The notes under the pieces are model-generated. The model saw only the letters and a list, made by a program, of their open reading frames with translations, was not told the DNA's origin and did no database searches. DNA of 64,000 bases from Malacoraja senta (taxonomy: Eukaryota). The stretch spans positions 932,001-996,000 of the forward strand of contig CM075996.1 of NCBI GenBank assembly GCA_038087875.1, read 5' to 3'. The position numbers were made by a program, and so were the translations under genes. Each line of letters begins with the position of its first letter. Positions within the stretch are counted from its first letter, which is position 1. Below, in pieces: positions 50,380-61,928 of the stretch.

Positions 50380-51560
50380 ATTGCACTTCACTGATTGGAA
50401 AGATGATACAGCATTGAGAAGGCGGCACATACTGAAAAGTGTTCTATTAGTGGGGTGTTTCAGAGGGAATGCTGCAGAGTTGGAAGGCAGTACTGAGGGA
50501 GTGCTGCACTATTAGAAGGGTAGTTTTGAAGGAATGCTACACCCTCAGAGGGTTGGCACTGAAGGAGTACTGCACTGTCAGGAACAGCACGAAGGGAGCG
50601 CTGCCATGTTGGAGGGGCAATTTTGAGGATGTGTTAAGCGTCAGCAGGGCAGCATTGCGGAAGTACTGCACTGCTGAGGTGATAGTACTGATGGAGTGCT
50701 GCACTGATGAAGGGCCTTAACAAAGGCACATTGCACAGTGAGAAGGCCATTATTGAGAAATTGCTACACTATCAAAAGGACAGAAGTAAGGTAGTGACAC
50801 ACCATCTGTACTGAAGAACCACTGCAGTACTGGAGAGACAATACTGAGGGTGTACTGTGCTGACACTGGATCAGCATCAAGGGAACATAGCATCAAGGGA
50901 ACGCTGTCAGAGGGCCACGACTGAGAATGCACAGCACTGCTGCAGCAATGCACTGTTTGCAGGTGGACACAAAAAGCTGGAGTGACTCAGCGGGATAGAC
51001 AGCATCTCTGGACAAAAGGAATAGGTGACGTTTCGGGTCGAGATCCTTCTTAAGTCTGAAGAAGGGCCTCGACCCGAAACGTCACCTATTCCTTTTGTCC
51101 AGAGATGCTGTCTATCCCGCTGAGTTGCTCCAGCATTTTGTGTCTATCTGCGATTTAAAACAGCATCTGCAGTTCCTTCCCACGCATACTGTTTGCAGGT
51201 GTTACCTAGGAGAGCTCCACCCTGTCCGACGGACAGTACTGAGGATGCAACCACATTGTCTAATTGTTAGTGGTGAGTGAGAACAGCATTGTTAGAGGCG
51301 CTGTACCGACCGCATGCTACGCTGATGATGGACCAGTGCTGAAGGAGGGTTGCACTATTGGGGCAGAACACAAGAATGTTGGAGGCGCAGTGTTGAAGGG
51401 CTTCCCTGCTCTCAGAAGCGGAGCTAAGGGAGTGCTGCATTGTTGGAATGGCCATACTATGCGGATGTTAGACTTTCAGAAGGACAGCAACAACTGTCAA
51501 CGCATTAGGACTGAGGGAGCACTACACAGTCAGAGGGGAAGAAATGGGAGAATGCTACAC
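50380..51560 (+). repeat. Degenerate ~31 bp minisatellite (gtactgagggagtgctgcactgtcagaggg-like)
   Basis: Motif recurs roughly every 31 bp; interrupted by the insertion at 50966-51187. Confidence 0.75.
50966..51187. mobile_element. Fold-back Penelope-derived element with hammerhead-like core
   Basis: About 85 bp near-perfect inverted arms; 14 bp TSD ACTGTTTGCAGGTG (50952-50965, 51188-51201); plus-strand CTGAAGA-A-GGG...CCC-GAAACGTC at 51056-51083. Confidence 0.9.
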
Positions 51561-51639
51561 TTTTTTGATATATTACGTTAAACCAAACGTAACTCAAACA
51601 ATGTCTCTGTCTAATACTACAGCTGCAAGATAAGTCTAA

Positions 51640-51867
51640 AGGCCTGTCCCACTTTCACGACCTAATTCACGACCTCTGCTGAGTTTGCCCTTGACTCACA
51701 CTCGCAGCATGGTCGTCACAAGGTCGTAGGTAGGTCTTAGCAGGTCGTGATGCTAGTCGTAGGTACTCGTGGCATCAACTAGGTCGCGGCGTTTTTTTTA
51801 AGCCTGATGAAAAATGCCAACGAGTAAAAAAGGTCGTGAATTAGGTTGTGAAAGTGGGACAGGCCCT
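51640..51867. mobile_element. PIF/Harbinger-type MITE
   Basis: TIR AGGCCTGTCCCACTTTCACGACCTAATTCACGACC / GGTCGTGAATTAGGTTGTGAAAGTGGGACAGGCCCT; TSD TAA. Confidence 0.88.
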
Positions 51868-52529
51868 TAAAGGTTTTTTTTTAGTGCACCAAGATGTGAT
51901 CTGGACGAACTTCCTGAAAGTGCAATGCTTTCAGACTCATTGGAATACCTAAAAGGGAATTGGGTAAATGCATAAACTTGTAGGTAAAGAGCTGGAGATG
52001 GGTCTAACTGAATAATCTTTCAAGGAACCATTTAGATATGATGGGTTGAATGGCTTTCTTCATTGTAAGATTCAATGATGTCCCATTGGCAGTCACATTG
52101 GTCTTGGATAGTAATACAAAATTGACAATAGTGAATTGTCAGCCAAATTTACACATCCCAAATATTACCATTACATTTTTTCAGTGCATTCATCTATTAT
52201 CTGTTTATGGAGCTTGCTCTGTTTAAATGGACACATTTCCCAACTGTTCCAACGGAGCACCGCCCCAAAACAAGTTTCCTATTCCCATTTCCAACAAGGT
52301 CAAAGAGCTCCCAAAGGTTGGAAGAAATTAATGCAAAGACATCCGCAAAGCATCTCTGAAGAAATTTGGGATTGGCACTAAACGTTGGGAAGTTGAAGCA
52401 ATGAAGCAACATCTGTATGATGGAACCTTTCACTTCAAAGATATTTGCCTCTCTCAGGCAGCAAAAAAAAGAGAGAAACCGAAGAGAGAGAACAGCTGTG
52501 AACGTGGATAGACCTTCCCTTGAGCAAAG

Positions 52530-53380
52530 TTGGACGAATTACAGATGGGGATGAATCAGAGTATAGAAGTGAGATCAACCGATTGACCAAATGGTGCCAG
52601 CACAACAACCTGGCTCTCAACACCAGTAAAACAACGAACTGATTGTGGACTTTGGAAGGGGAAGGATGAGGACCCATAACCCAGTTTATATCAATGGGAC
52701 AATGGTGGAGAGGGTCAAAAACTTTAATTCTGGGTGTGCATATTTCCGAAGATCTTTCCTGGACACAGCACACTGATGCAATCATAAAGAAGGCACATCA
52801 GCGCCTCTACTTCCTGAGAAGACTACAGAGAGTCGGTATGTCAAGGAGGATTCACTTGAACTTCTACAGGTGCGCAGTGGAGACATAGTGACTGGCTGCA
52901 TCGTGGCCTGGTTCGACAACTTGAACGTCCAGGAGCAAAAAGTTGTGAGCACTGCCCAGTCCATCACCGGCCTGACCTCCCCACCATCGAAGGGATCTAT
53001 CGAAGTCGCTGCCTCAAAAAGGCGGCCAACATCATCAAAGACCCACACCATCCTGGCCTCACACTCATCTCTCCGCTGCCATCGGGAAGAAGGTACAGGA
53101 GCCTGAAACTGTAACGACCAAGTTCAGGAACAGCTGCTTCCCTGCAGCCATCAGGCTATTAAACACAACATCAAATAAGCTCTGAACTACAACAGACTAT
53201 TATTATTATTACTATATTTGTTTATTTATTGAGTCTGTGTGAATGTGTATACACACACTGAACTTTTTTTTTTCTCCCGTTGTGTACTATGTTTACATAT
53301 TCCGTTGTGCTGCAGCAAGCAAGAATCTCATTGTCCTATCTGGGACACATGACAATAAAACACTCTTGACTCTCTTGAGT
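52530..53380 (+). mobile_element. Rex1/Babar-like LINE 3' fragment
   Basis: LGVHISEDLSWTQHTDAIIKKAHQRLYFLRRL...NFYRCAVE; frameshifted; tail gacaataaaacactcttgactcttg. Confidence 0.88.
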
Positions 53381-54254
53381 TGCATCTGTTCGGGTTTGGA
53401 CTTGAAGATTTGGCTCATAACCTACCTTAAGTCCCCAAAAGTTACCCTGAATCTGGACACGGAAAATATGGGGGAGAGTTTTCCTTATCTCTGAAGGATC
53501 AGCCAGAACAAGGCACTTTGAAAGGAATTAATTGCTGTAAACTACTTTGGGATATCCTGGAGACATGAAAGGTAACAGTTGAAATGCTTCATTCTTTCCC
53601 ACTTGCTCGCAGTTAACCCTTTACTGCAATGACTGGCCTCCTTTGTCGGTTCTCTCATAATACTGAAAATATGTTCATCTTGACTTCCTGTCTTCGGCAA
53701 GAATAGGCTTGGTTCCTCTAACCTTTTCTTCCACCTGCATTCGAAGAACACCAAAGCACAGTAGGAGCTAATTCGGCATGTCGTTCTTTGATGGCCCTTT
53801 AAAAATATCCTCCAATTAGAACTACTTTTCTGAAGGTTTTAACTGCATAAGTATTTATTTAATTCAATTTTCACTGTTCAATTTCAATTTTCAATCCGTG
53901 TCAGGCATTGCATTCCAGATATAGTAGGTCACTGCACAGAAAGAATCATGCCTCTCATATCCCCTCTGGTTCATTTGAAAATTATATTAAATCCTCTAAT
54001 TATTTTCCTTCACCAGGTGCAATTACTTCTTATTTGTGCTGCAAACCCCTTTATGACTCTATTAAATCTTCCTTAAACTTCTAAAACAAATAACCCCAGC
54101 TCTCCTGGTTCATGGCTTGGTGGGTGGGATGGGATGATGTGAATTTTAATCAGCCAGTGGAAGTCATGTCGACTGAGCAGATGTTAGCGGAGCCTTCCCT
54201 CACCTCACGCCTTGTTCCACCTTTATGTACATCTATCTCATTCGCAGCTCGGGC

Positions 54255-54690
54255 AAGGGCCATAAGTTCAGAAGTCGTAGGGCGATGGAGGCCGGTTCTC
54301 TGGATACTTTCAAGAGAGAGCTAGATACGGCTCTTAAAGATAGCGGAGTCAGGGGATATGGGGAGAAGGCAGGAACGGGGTACTGATTAGGGATGATCAG
54401 CCATGATCACATTGAATGGTGGTGCTGGCTCCGAAGGGCCGTATGGCCTATTCCTGCACCTATTGTCTATTGTCTATTGAGAAGAAGTAGGCCATTCAGC
54501 CCATCGAGTCTACTCTGTCATTCACTCATGGCTGATCTATCTTCCCTCTCAACCCCATTCTGACGCCTTCTCCCCAGATGCCTTGACACCCTTACCAACC
54601 AAGTATCTGTCAATCTCTGCCATGCAAAATACCCAATCACTTGGCCTCCACAGCCGTCCGTGGCAATGAATTCCACAGATTCACCACAGA
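54255..54690. mobile_element. Two tail-to-tail CR1 3' ends (plus 54255-54478, minus 54480-54690)
   Basis: Both show GYGEKAG-type coding remnants and the CR1 3' UTR. Confidence 0.75.
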
Positions 54691-54749
54691 TTTCACAGAT
54701 ACAAGTCATGCCGCATCTGTGGGTAGAGAAACAGTCAGCATTTCAGGTT

Positions 54750-55230
54750 GAAACATAGAAACATAGAAATAGGTGCAGGAGTAGGCCATTCGGCCCTTCG
54801 AGCCTGCACTGCCATTCAATATGATCATGGCTGATCATCCAACTCAGCATCCCGTACCTGCCTTCTCTCCATACCCCCTGATCCCTTTAGCCACAAGGGC
54901 CACATCTAACTCCCTCTTAAATATAGCCAATGAACTGGCCTCAACTACTTTCTGTGGCAGAGAATTCCACAGATTCACCACTCTCTGTGTGAAAATTAAT
55001 TTTCTCATCCTAAAAGACTTCCCCCTTATCCTTAAACTGTGACCCCTTGTTCTGGACTTCCCCAACATCGGGAACAATATTCCTGCATCTAGCCTGTCCA
55101 ACCCCTTAAGAATTTTGTAAGTTTCCATAAGATCCCCCCTAAATCTTCTAAATTCTAGCGAGTACAAACCGAGTCTATCCAGTCTTTCTTCAAATGAAAG
55201 TCCTGCCATCCCAGGAATCAGTCTGGTGAA
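54750..55230 (-). mobile_element. Young CR1/HER1-like LINE 3' fragment
   Basis: FTRLIPGMAGLSFEERLDRLGLYSLEFRR...GIRGYGEKAGTG. Confidence 0.93.
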
Positions 55231-55619
55231 GGGTCTGTTGAAGACCCTACACTCATGGGATACTAATGAAGGGACTTCAACCGGAAACATTGACTCCGTT
55301 TCTCGTACCACAGTTGTGGCCTAACCTGCTGAGTAATTCCAGCATCTCATAGAAGTGATCAGTGGTCGGCGTGGACTAGGTGGGCTGAAGCGCCTGTTTC
55401 CATGATGCATCTCTAAACTAAACTAATTAAAAGTGTTCAGAGTCATGATCAGTTTACAGTCCCTCCAAAGTTTGTAACTGTGCAAAGAGATTTAACAAAT
55501 TGATTAACGAAAAAACGGGTTGATGTGCTGAAGTGTGTAGGAAGGAACTGAAATGTGTTTTTTTCAAAGCAAGGAGTATCGTGGGTAAAGCAGATGAACT
55601 TAAAGCCTGGATCGTTAGC

Positions 55620-56250
55620 TAGTTTAGTTTAGAGATACAGCGCAGGAAACCGTCCATTCGGCCCACTGAGTCTGCACCGACCAGCGATCCCCGCTTATTA
55701 ACACTATCCTACACACACCAGTTCAGTTCAGTTTTATTTGTCATATGTAGGTTCAACGGTACAATGAAATGTTTTTGACAAGACAACGGGTCACCTCAGC
55801 AATGATATTACAAGAATAAAATTAAGGTTAAAAAAAGATACAATAAAAGTGACATTGACAATAGACAATAGATGCAGGAGTAGGCCATTTGGCCCTTCGA
55901 GCCAATTGGTAGGTAAAAGACTGGTAGGTAAAAGACATTGGTAGGTAAAAGACAATAATAAATAAAATAATCAACATATATGATGTGTTTATGAGTTCGG
56001 AAGCCTGATGGCATGATGATAAAAACTGTTCTTAAGTCTGGTGGTGCACTAGGGATAATTTACCTACAAAAGCCAATTAACCTACAAAACTACATCTTTG
56101 GAGTGTGGGAGGAAGCTGAAGATCTCACGTGGTCACGGTGAGAACATATAAACTCCGTACAGACACCACCCATAGTCGGGATTGAACCCGAGTCTCGAAC
56201 AAGCGATGTATGACAGCAACTTTGCCGCTGTGCCACCCTGCTGCGCCACC
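55620..56250 (-). mobile_element. HE1/V-SINE-like SINE split by an insertion (~55720-56045)
   Basis: Tail at 55620-55720 and body/head at 56045-56250; the insert contains (TTGGTAGGTAAAAGAC) x3. Confidence 0.65.
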
Positions 56251-56756
56251 CTACCTCCTTCTGATGTTGTGGCTATTACAGAAACTTAGTTGCGAGAGGG
56301 ACAGGACTGGTAGCTCAAAATCCCAGGATTTTGCTGTTTCAGATGTGATAGAGGGGTTAAAGTGGTGGAGGTTGCTCTACTAATTAGGGAGAATGTCATG
56401 GGTGCAGGCTTTGACTTACCTTAACCACAACATGCATTGAGATGCACACTTCAGCCCATCAACCCTCAGCACTTACGTTAATCAACTTAAATCTCTTTGC
56501 ACAGTTGGCAACTTTAGAGACACTGACAATTGTGCATGATTTTGAACACTTCCAGCAGAGAAAATCAAAAAAGGAGGACATACAGAAGGGTTCTCAGAGA
56601 GGAGTTACTGGAGGGTTAGTCCACTGAGGTAATATGAGTAAAACTCAAAAAAAAGAAAGATGCAATCACTCTAATGCGATTATGCTGTAGACTTGCCAAT
56701 AGCCAGTGGGAGATGGAGGACCAGATATGTAGGCAGATTACTGAATGATGCAAAAG

Positions 56757-57185
56757 TGGGCGGCATGGTGGCGCAGTGGTAGAGCTATTGCTTTACAGCG
56801 CCAGAGACTCGGGTTCGTTCCTGACTATGGGTGCTGTCTGTATGGAGTTTGTACGTTCTCCCTGTGACCTGCGTGGGTTTTCTCCAAGATCTTCGGTTTC
56901 CTCTCACATTCCAAAGAAGAACAGGTTTGCAAGTTAATTGGCTTGGTATAAATGTAAATTGCCCCTAGTGTATGTAGGGTACTGTTAAGGGCTTGTCCAC
57001 TTTCACAACCTAATTCACAACCTTTTTTACTCGTGGACATTTTTCATCAGGCTAGAAAAAGGCAGAGGTCGTGAATTAGGTCGTGAAAGTGGGACAGGCC
57101 CATTAGTGTGCGGGGATCGCTGGTCGGCACTGGTCAGTGGGTGAAGGGCCTGTTTCGGCGCTGTATCTCTAAACTGAACTAAACG
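56757..57185 (+). mobile_element. HE1/V-SINE-like SINE containing a Harbinger-type MITE
   Basis: A/B-box-like head ggtggcgcagtggtagag...gggttcgttcc; tggagtttgtacgttctccc; tail gaagggcctgtttc...ctaaactgaactaaac. Confidence 0.85.
56988..57102. mobile_element. PIF/Harbinger-type MITE (115 bp)
   Basis: Family TIRs; TSD TTA inside the SINE. Confidence 0.85.
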
Positions 57186-57218
57186 CTATGGTTGTAGTAG
57201 GCAACTTTAACTTCACCA

Positions 57219-57736
57219 ATTTTTTTTTTTTATTTTTTTTTTTTTATTTTTTTTTTATTTTTTTTATTTTTATTTTTTTTTATTTTTTTATTTTTTAGAA
57301 GTACGGTAGATTACAGTAATGTACAACACGTATATATTAATACATTTTTTGTACCGCTTCACTTTTTTAAACTTAAGAAAGAAAAAGAAAGAAGTAAGAA
57401 AAGTGAAGAAAGTGCGCAAAGGTTGTGAAGTGCAAAAGAGTGTTGGGAAAAGAAAGCCCCTTAGAAAAGAAGTTAGAGAAGGAAGTAAAGTTAGAAAATA
57501 GACCCTAGAAAAAAAAAGAGAAAGAAAGAAGGAACAATCGCTCTATTATAACTCTTATACCATACTTCATAGAGAAGGAACTACCAACCAAGTCTGTTTT
57601 TATTTTACCTCCCATTACCAGGTCCAGATACCTTTTATTTATTTATTTGTTTTTCTAAATTACTATTGCACCTCATGCTTGTAATAGGTCCAAAAACGTA
57701 GACCACGTCTTTTGAAATGGTCTACTTTGCCTACTA
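57219..57736 (-). mobile_element. L1-clade LINE 3' end with ~80 nt interrupted poly(A) tail
   Basis: T-rich run at 57219-57297; body similar to 48180-48620 (cttgtaata...gtagaccacgtc). Confidence 0.75.
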
Positions 57737-57844
57737 TTTTCTCCAAGATCTTCGGTTTCCTCTCACATTCCAAGAAGAACAGGTTTGCAAGTTAATTGGC
57801 TTGGTATAAATGTAAATTGCCCTAGTGTATGTAGGGTACTGTTA

Positions 57845-57960
57845 AGGGCTTGTCCCACTTTCACAACCTAATTCACAACCTTTTTTACTCGTGGACATTT
57901 TTCATCAGGCTAGAAAAAGGCAGAGGTCGTGAATTAGGTCGTGAAAGTGGGACAGGCCCA
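57845..57960. mobile_element. PIF/Harbinger-type MITE (duplicate of 56988-57102)
   Basis: Part of the 340 bp direct duplication; TSD TTA. Confidence 0.85.
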
Positions 57961-58235
57961 TTAGTGTGCGGGGATCGCTGGTCGGCACTGGTCAGTGGGT
58001 GAAGGGCCTGTTTCGGCGCTGTATCTCTAAACTGAACTAAACGCTATGGTTGTAGTAGGCAACTTTAACTTCACCATTTTGACTGGGACTTACTTAGTGC
58101 AAAAAGGCTTACGCAAGGCAGAATTTATTCCAGTGGGGTGGAAGGATAAGAATGGCAAGGCAGGGGAATCTTGGATGACCAAAGAAGATGTAAATTTGGT
58201 CCAAAAAAAAAGAAAGTGTGCAAGGCTGAGAAAGA

Positions 58236-58632
58236 TTGTATACTCTGGAATTTAGAAAGATGAGAGGAGATCTTATTGAAACATATAAGATTATTAAGGG
58301 TTTGGACACGCTAGAGGCAGGAAACATGTTCCCGATGTGGGGGAGTCCAGAACCAGGGGCCACAGTTTAAGAATAAGGGGTAAGACATTTAGAACGGAGA
58401 CGAGGAAACACTTTTTCACACAGAGAGTTGTGAGTCTGTGGAATTCGCTGCCTGGAACGGGCTGCAAGATCAAGAGAGAGCTAGATAGGGCTCTTGAAGA
58501 TAGCGGAGTCAGGGGATATGGGGAAAAGGCAGGAACGGGGTACTGATTGTGGATGATCAGCCATGATCACATTGAATGGCGGTGCTGGCTTGAAGGGCCG
58601 AATGGCCTACTCCTGCACCTATTGTCTATTGA
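58236..58632 (+). mobile_element. Younger CR1 3' fragment nested in the old CR1
   Basis: GESRTRGHSLRIRGKTFRTETRKHFFTQRVVSLWNSLP...GYGEKAGTGY*. Confidence 0.88.
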
Positions 58633-59814
58633 AATCAGATGGGGCCTGAAGGAATACAAAGAAAGCAAGAAAGAACTGAAGCGGGCAATTAGAAAGGCCA
58701 AAATATGTCATGTAATGTCATTGGTAAGTCAGGTGAATGAAAATCACATTTTTATATGTCCATTAAAAACAAGAGGATAACCTAGGAGAAGCAAGGACCC
58801 CTCATGTACACAGAAGGGAATTTATGCTTGGAGGCTGAAGATGTAGGCGAGCTGCTAAATGAGTACTTTGCTCCTGTATTCACCAAGGAAAAAGACATGG
58901 AGGACAGTGAGATCAGTGTGGGAATACGGATAAGCTAGGGCAGGTTGAGATATGAAAGGGTTGGGTCTCTTGAAGAGGGTTAAAGAGAATAAATACCCTG
59001 GGGCCGATGGGATCTACCCCAGGTTAATGAGAGAGGTAAAAGAGAATGCAGGGTCCTTGACGAAGGTCTTTGTGTCTTCTCTGGCCACAGGCAAGATCCT
59101 GGAGACATGGAGAGTAGCCAATGTCGTTCCTTGCCTTGTTTAAGAAGGAGATTCTTGTCCATAGAAATTCTTGTCCATGGAGATTCTTGTCCATTGTTCT
59201 TGTCCACCTCCAGTTTAAATTCCATTTGGAATATTTTGGAGGACCAAGAAACCAAGAACCAAGAAAAACTTGTCCATGGCATATCATGTCTTTCGAGCTT
59301 AATTGAATTTTGAGAAGGTGACAAAATTGATCGATTAGCGTGGGACAATGGTTGTTGTTAAACGCATTTGTTAAAGTTGCTCATGGCTGGCTGATGCAGA
59401 AGATTAAGATGCATAGAATCCACGGTGACTTGGGTGTTTGGTTCAGAACTGGCTTACGTATAGAAGACAAAGAGGGTTGTGATGAAAGTATGATTCTGGC
59501 TGGGAGGTCTGTAACCAGTGGAGTTCAGGCATTTGTGCTGGCACCTCTGTTGTTTGTGATATATATATATATATATATATATATAATACACGACTTGGAC
59601 GTAGATGTGGATGGGTTGGTTAGTAAATGTGCAGATGATGCCAATATTGATGGGGTTTCAGATAGTAAGGAAAGCTGTCAAAGTGTACGGTGTGCTCTAG
59701 ATCAGCTGCCGAAATGGGCGGGAAAATGACCGATGGAGTTTAATTGGAGCTATTGTGAGGTGCTGCATTTTGGTACATCAAATGTAAGGGGAAAGTATAT
59801 AATAAGAACCTTAA

Positions 59815-60060
59815 AGGGCCTGTCCCACTTGGCGATTTTGCTGGCGTCATATCAGTGTCACCAAAAGATTTTGAACATTTCAAAATCCACCGGCGACAAA
59901 AAAATATTGCGACACTTGAAAAAACACCACGCATCAATACGCCATCACACCGCGTCACTGCCGCGCAATATGTCATCACGCCGTATATTTTTCGGTGACC
60001 TAATATGTCAGTCAATGATGCCGGCAGTTGCCGAAAAAATCGGCAAGTGGGACAGGCTCT
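59815..60060. mobile_element. PIF/Harbinger-type MITE nested in CR1
   Basis: AGGGCCTGTCCCACTTG / CAAGTGGGACAGGCTCT; TSD TAA; removal gives the contiguous sequence aagaaccttaatagcatt. Confidence 0.88.
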
Positions 60061-60379
60061 TAATAGCATTGGTGTACAGAGGGATCTTGAGGTGCAAGTC
60101 CATAACTCCCCGAAAGTGGCAACATAAGTAGACATGTAGAGTGGTAAAGAAGGCGTATGGTATCCTTGCATTCATTAGTTGGTGTATTAAATATAGGAGT
60201 CAGGAAATCATATTATGGCTTTATAGAACTTAGGTTCATCCACATTTGGTGTTTTGTGTGCAATTCTCTTCGCCTCATTACAGGAAGGATGCGAGGCTTT
60301 GGAGAGGGTGCAGAAAAGGTTTATCAGAATGTTATCTGGATTAGAGGGCATTAGTTAGAAGCAGACTTTGGAAAAACTT

Positions 60380-60815
60380 GGTCGGTGAGACCAAGCGTAG
60401 GCTTGGCGATCGTTTCGCCGAACACCTCCGCTCGGTCCGCATTAACCAATCTGATCTACCGGTGGCTCAGCACTTCAACTCCCCCTCCCATTCCGAATCT
60501 GACCTCTCTGTCCTGGGCCTCCTCCATGGCCAGAGTGAGCACCACCGGAAATTGGAGGAGCAGCACCTCATATTCCGCTTGGGCAGTCTGCACCCTAGCG
60601 GCATAAACATTGAATTCTCCAATTTCTGGTAGCCCTTGCTGTCTCCTCCCCCTCTCAGCTCTCCCTCAGCCCTTGGGCTCCTCCTCTTCCTTTTTCCTTT
60701 CTTCTCCCCACCCTACATCAGTCTGAAGAAGGGTTTTGGCCTGAAACGTTGCCTATTTCCTTCGCTCCATAGATGCTGCTGCACCCGCTGAATATTTCCA
60801 GCACTTTTGTCTACC
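60380..60815 (+). mobile_element. 5'-truncated Penelope-like element (GIY-YIG endonuclease C-terminal part and terminal repeat with hammerhead core)
   Basis: VGETKRRLGDRFAEHLRSV...PVAQHFNSPSHSESDLSVLGL...RKLEEQHLIFRLGSLHPSGINIEF*; CTGAAGA-A-GGGT-TTTG-GCCT-GAAACGTT at 60723-60750; 12 bp TSD TTGGAAAAACTT (60368-60379, 60816-60827). Confidence 0.9.
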
Positions 60816-61928
60816 TTGGAAAAACTTAGATTGTTTTCTCAGGAGCTTCAGAGACTGAGGGGAGACATGATAGGTATATATATATAATGAGGGACATAGA
60901 TAGGGTAGACAGTCACCCAGGGTGGAAATGTCGCAAACTAGAGGGCATAGCTTTAAGGTGAGAGGGGAAAAGTTTGAAGCAGATGTGTGGAGCAAGTTTT
61001 TTTATGTAGAGAGTGATGGCTGCCTGGAACGGGCTGCCAAGATCAATAGAGAAAGCAGATATGATAGTGGCATTTAAGAAGCTTTTGGATAGGCACAGAG
61101 ATATGCGGAGAATGGAGGGATATAGATCGTGTTTAGGCAGAGGAGATTAATTTAATTTAGCATCGTTGCTCAAGGGCAAAAGGGCCTGTTCCTGTGCTGT
61201 GATCTTTTATGTTCTATATAATAATATATAATAATCTGGAACACTGCTGAAAAAGCAATGGGAGTAGATATGGCGAATATTTTTCAGGCAATTGGATAAA
61301 GACCTGAAGGGAAAATTGTGCAGGGTGCTGCTAGAGAGATCAAGGCAGTGGAACTAATTCAAAAGTGCTAACACAAACACGATGGACCGAATGGCCTCCT
61401 TCTATGCTCCATCATTGTCTGATTCCGTGAAAGAGGATTGTAGAGTGAGCGCCCCCATTGTCAAAGAAGCACCAATATAATTATCTTCTTATAATTTATA
61501 GTTGTATATTGTCACTGTGATTGGCAAGATGGAGCTAAAATGATGAATGTTCAGTTGTCAAAGTGACATTCTGAAGTGACTTCTCTCCCACAGTTTGCAG
61601 TCTCACAGCTGCAGCCAAGCACAGAAATCAATATTTTTTTCTTTATATAATTTACTTTTTTTTAAAGCTTATTAGGCATGCAGAGAGTGCTAATGTCCCA
61701 TGAAAGAAAGGCAAAGAATGTTTCCTTTCATCGCAGAAATGAGTGGTTTGTGATGCAAAGTTGCAGATGTTCATCAGAGGAGCCATTATCCAAGACATTT
61801 CCTGTCACTGGCTGCCTTTAACCCTCTCTCAGCCACCCACCCTTCTCAAAGCACCCACGTTCCACCGCCCGTAACAAAAACCAAATGCCATGCCACCGCC
61901 AAGAGCAGAATATCCTTTTCCGTGCGCG

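Larger units (their letters stand above)
56265..61215 (+). mobile_element. Long, old CR1 LINE relic (endonuclease to 3' UTR) broken by nested insertions
   Basis: Collinear remnants DVVAITET (about 56265), VVVGNFNF (57190 and 58050), PGADGIYPR...WRVANVVP (59000), DLDVDVDGLVSKCADD (59600) and 3' end at 60830-61215. Confidence 0.75.

Noticed and set aside
56757..56830. tRNA gene
   Set aside because: The A/B-box-like head continues into a SINE body and LINE-like tail; no complete cloverleaf is evident.
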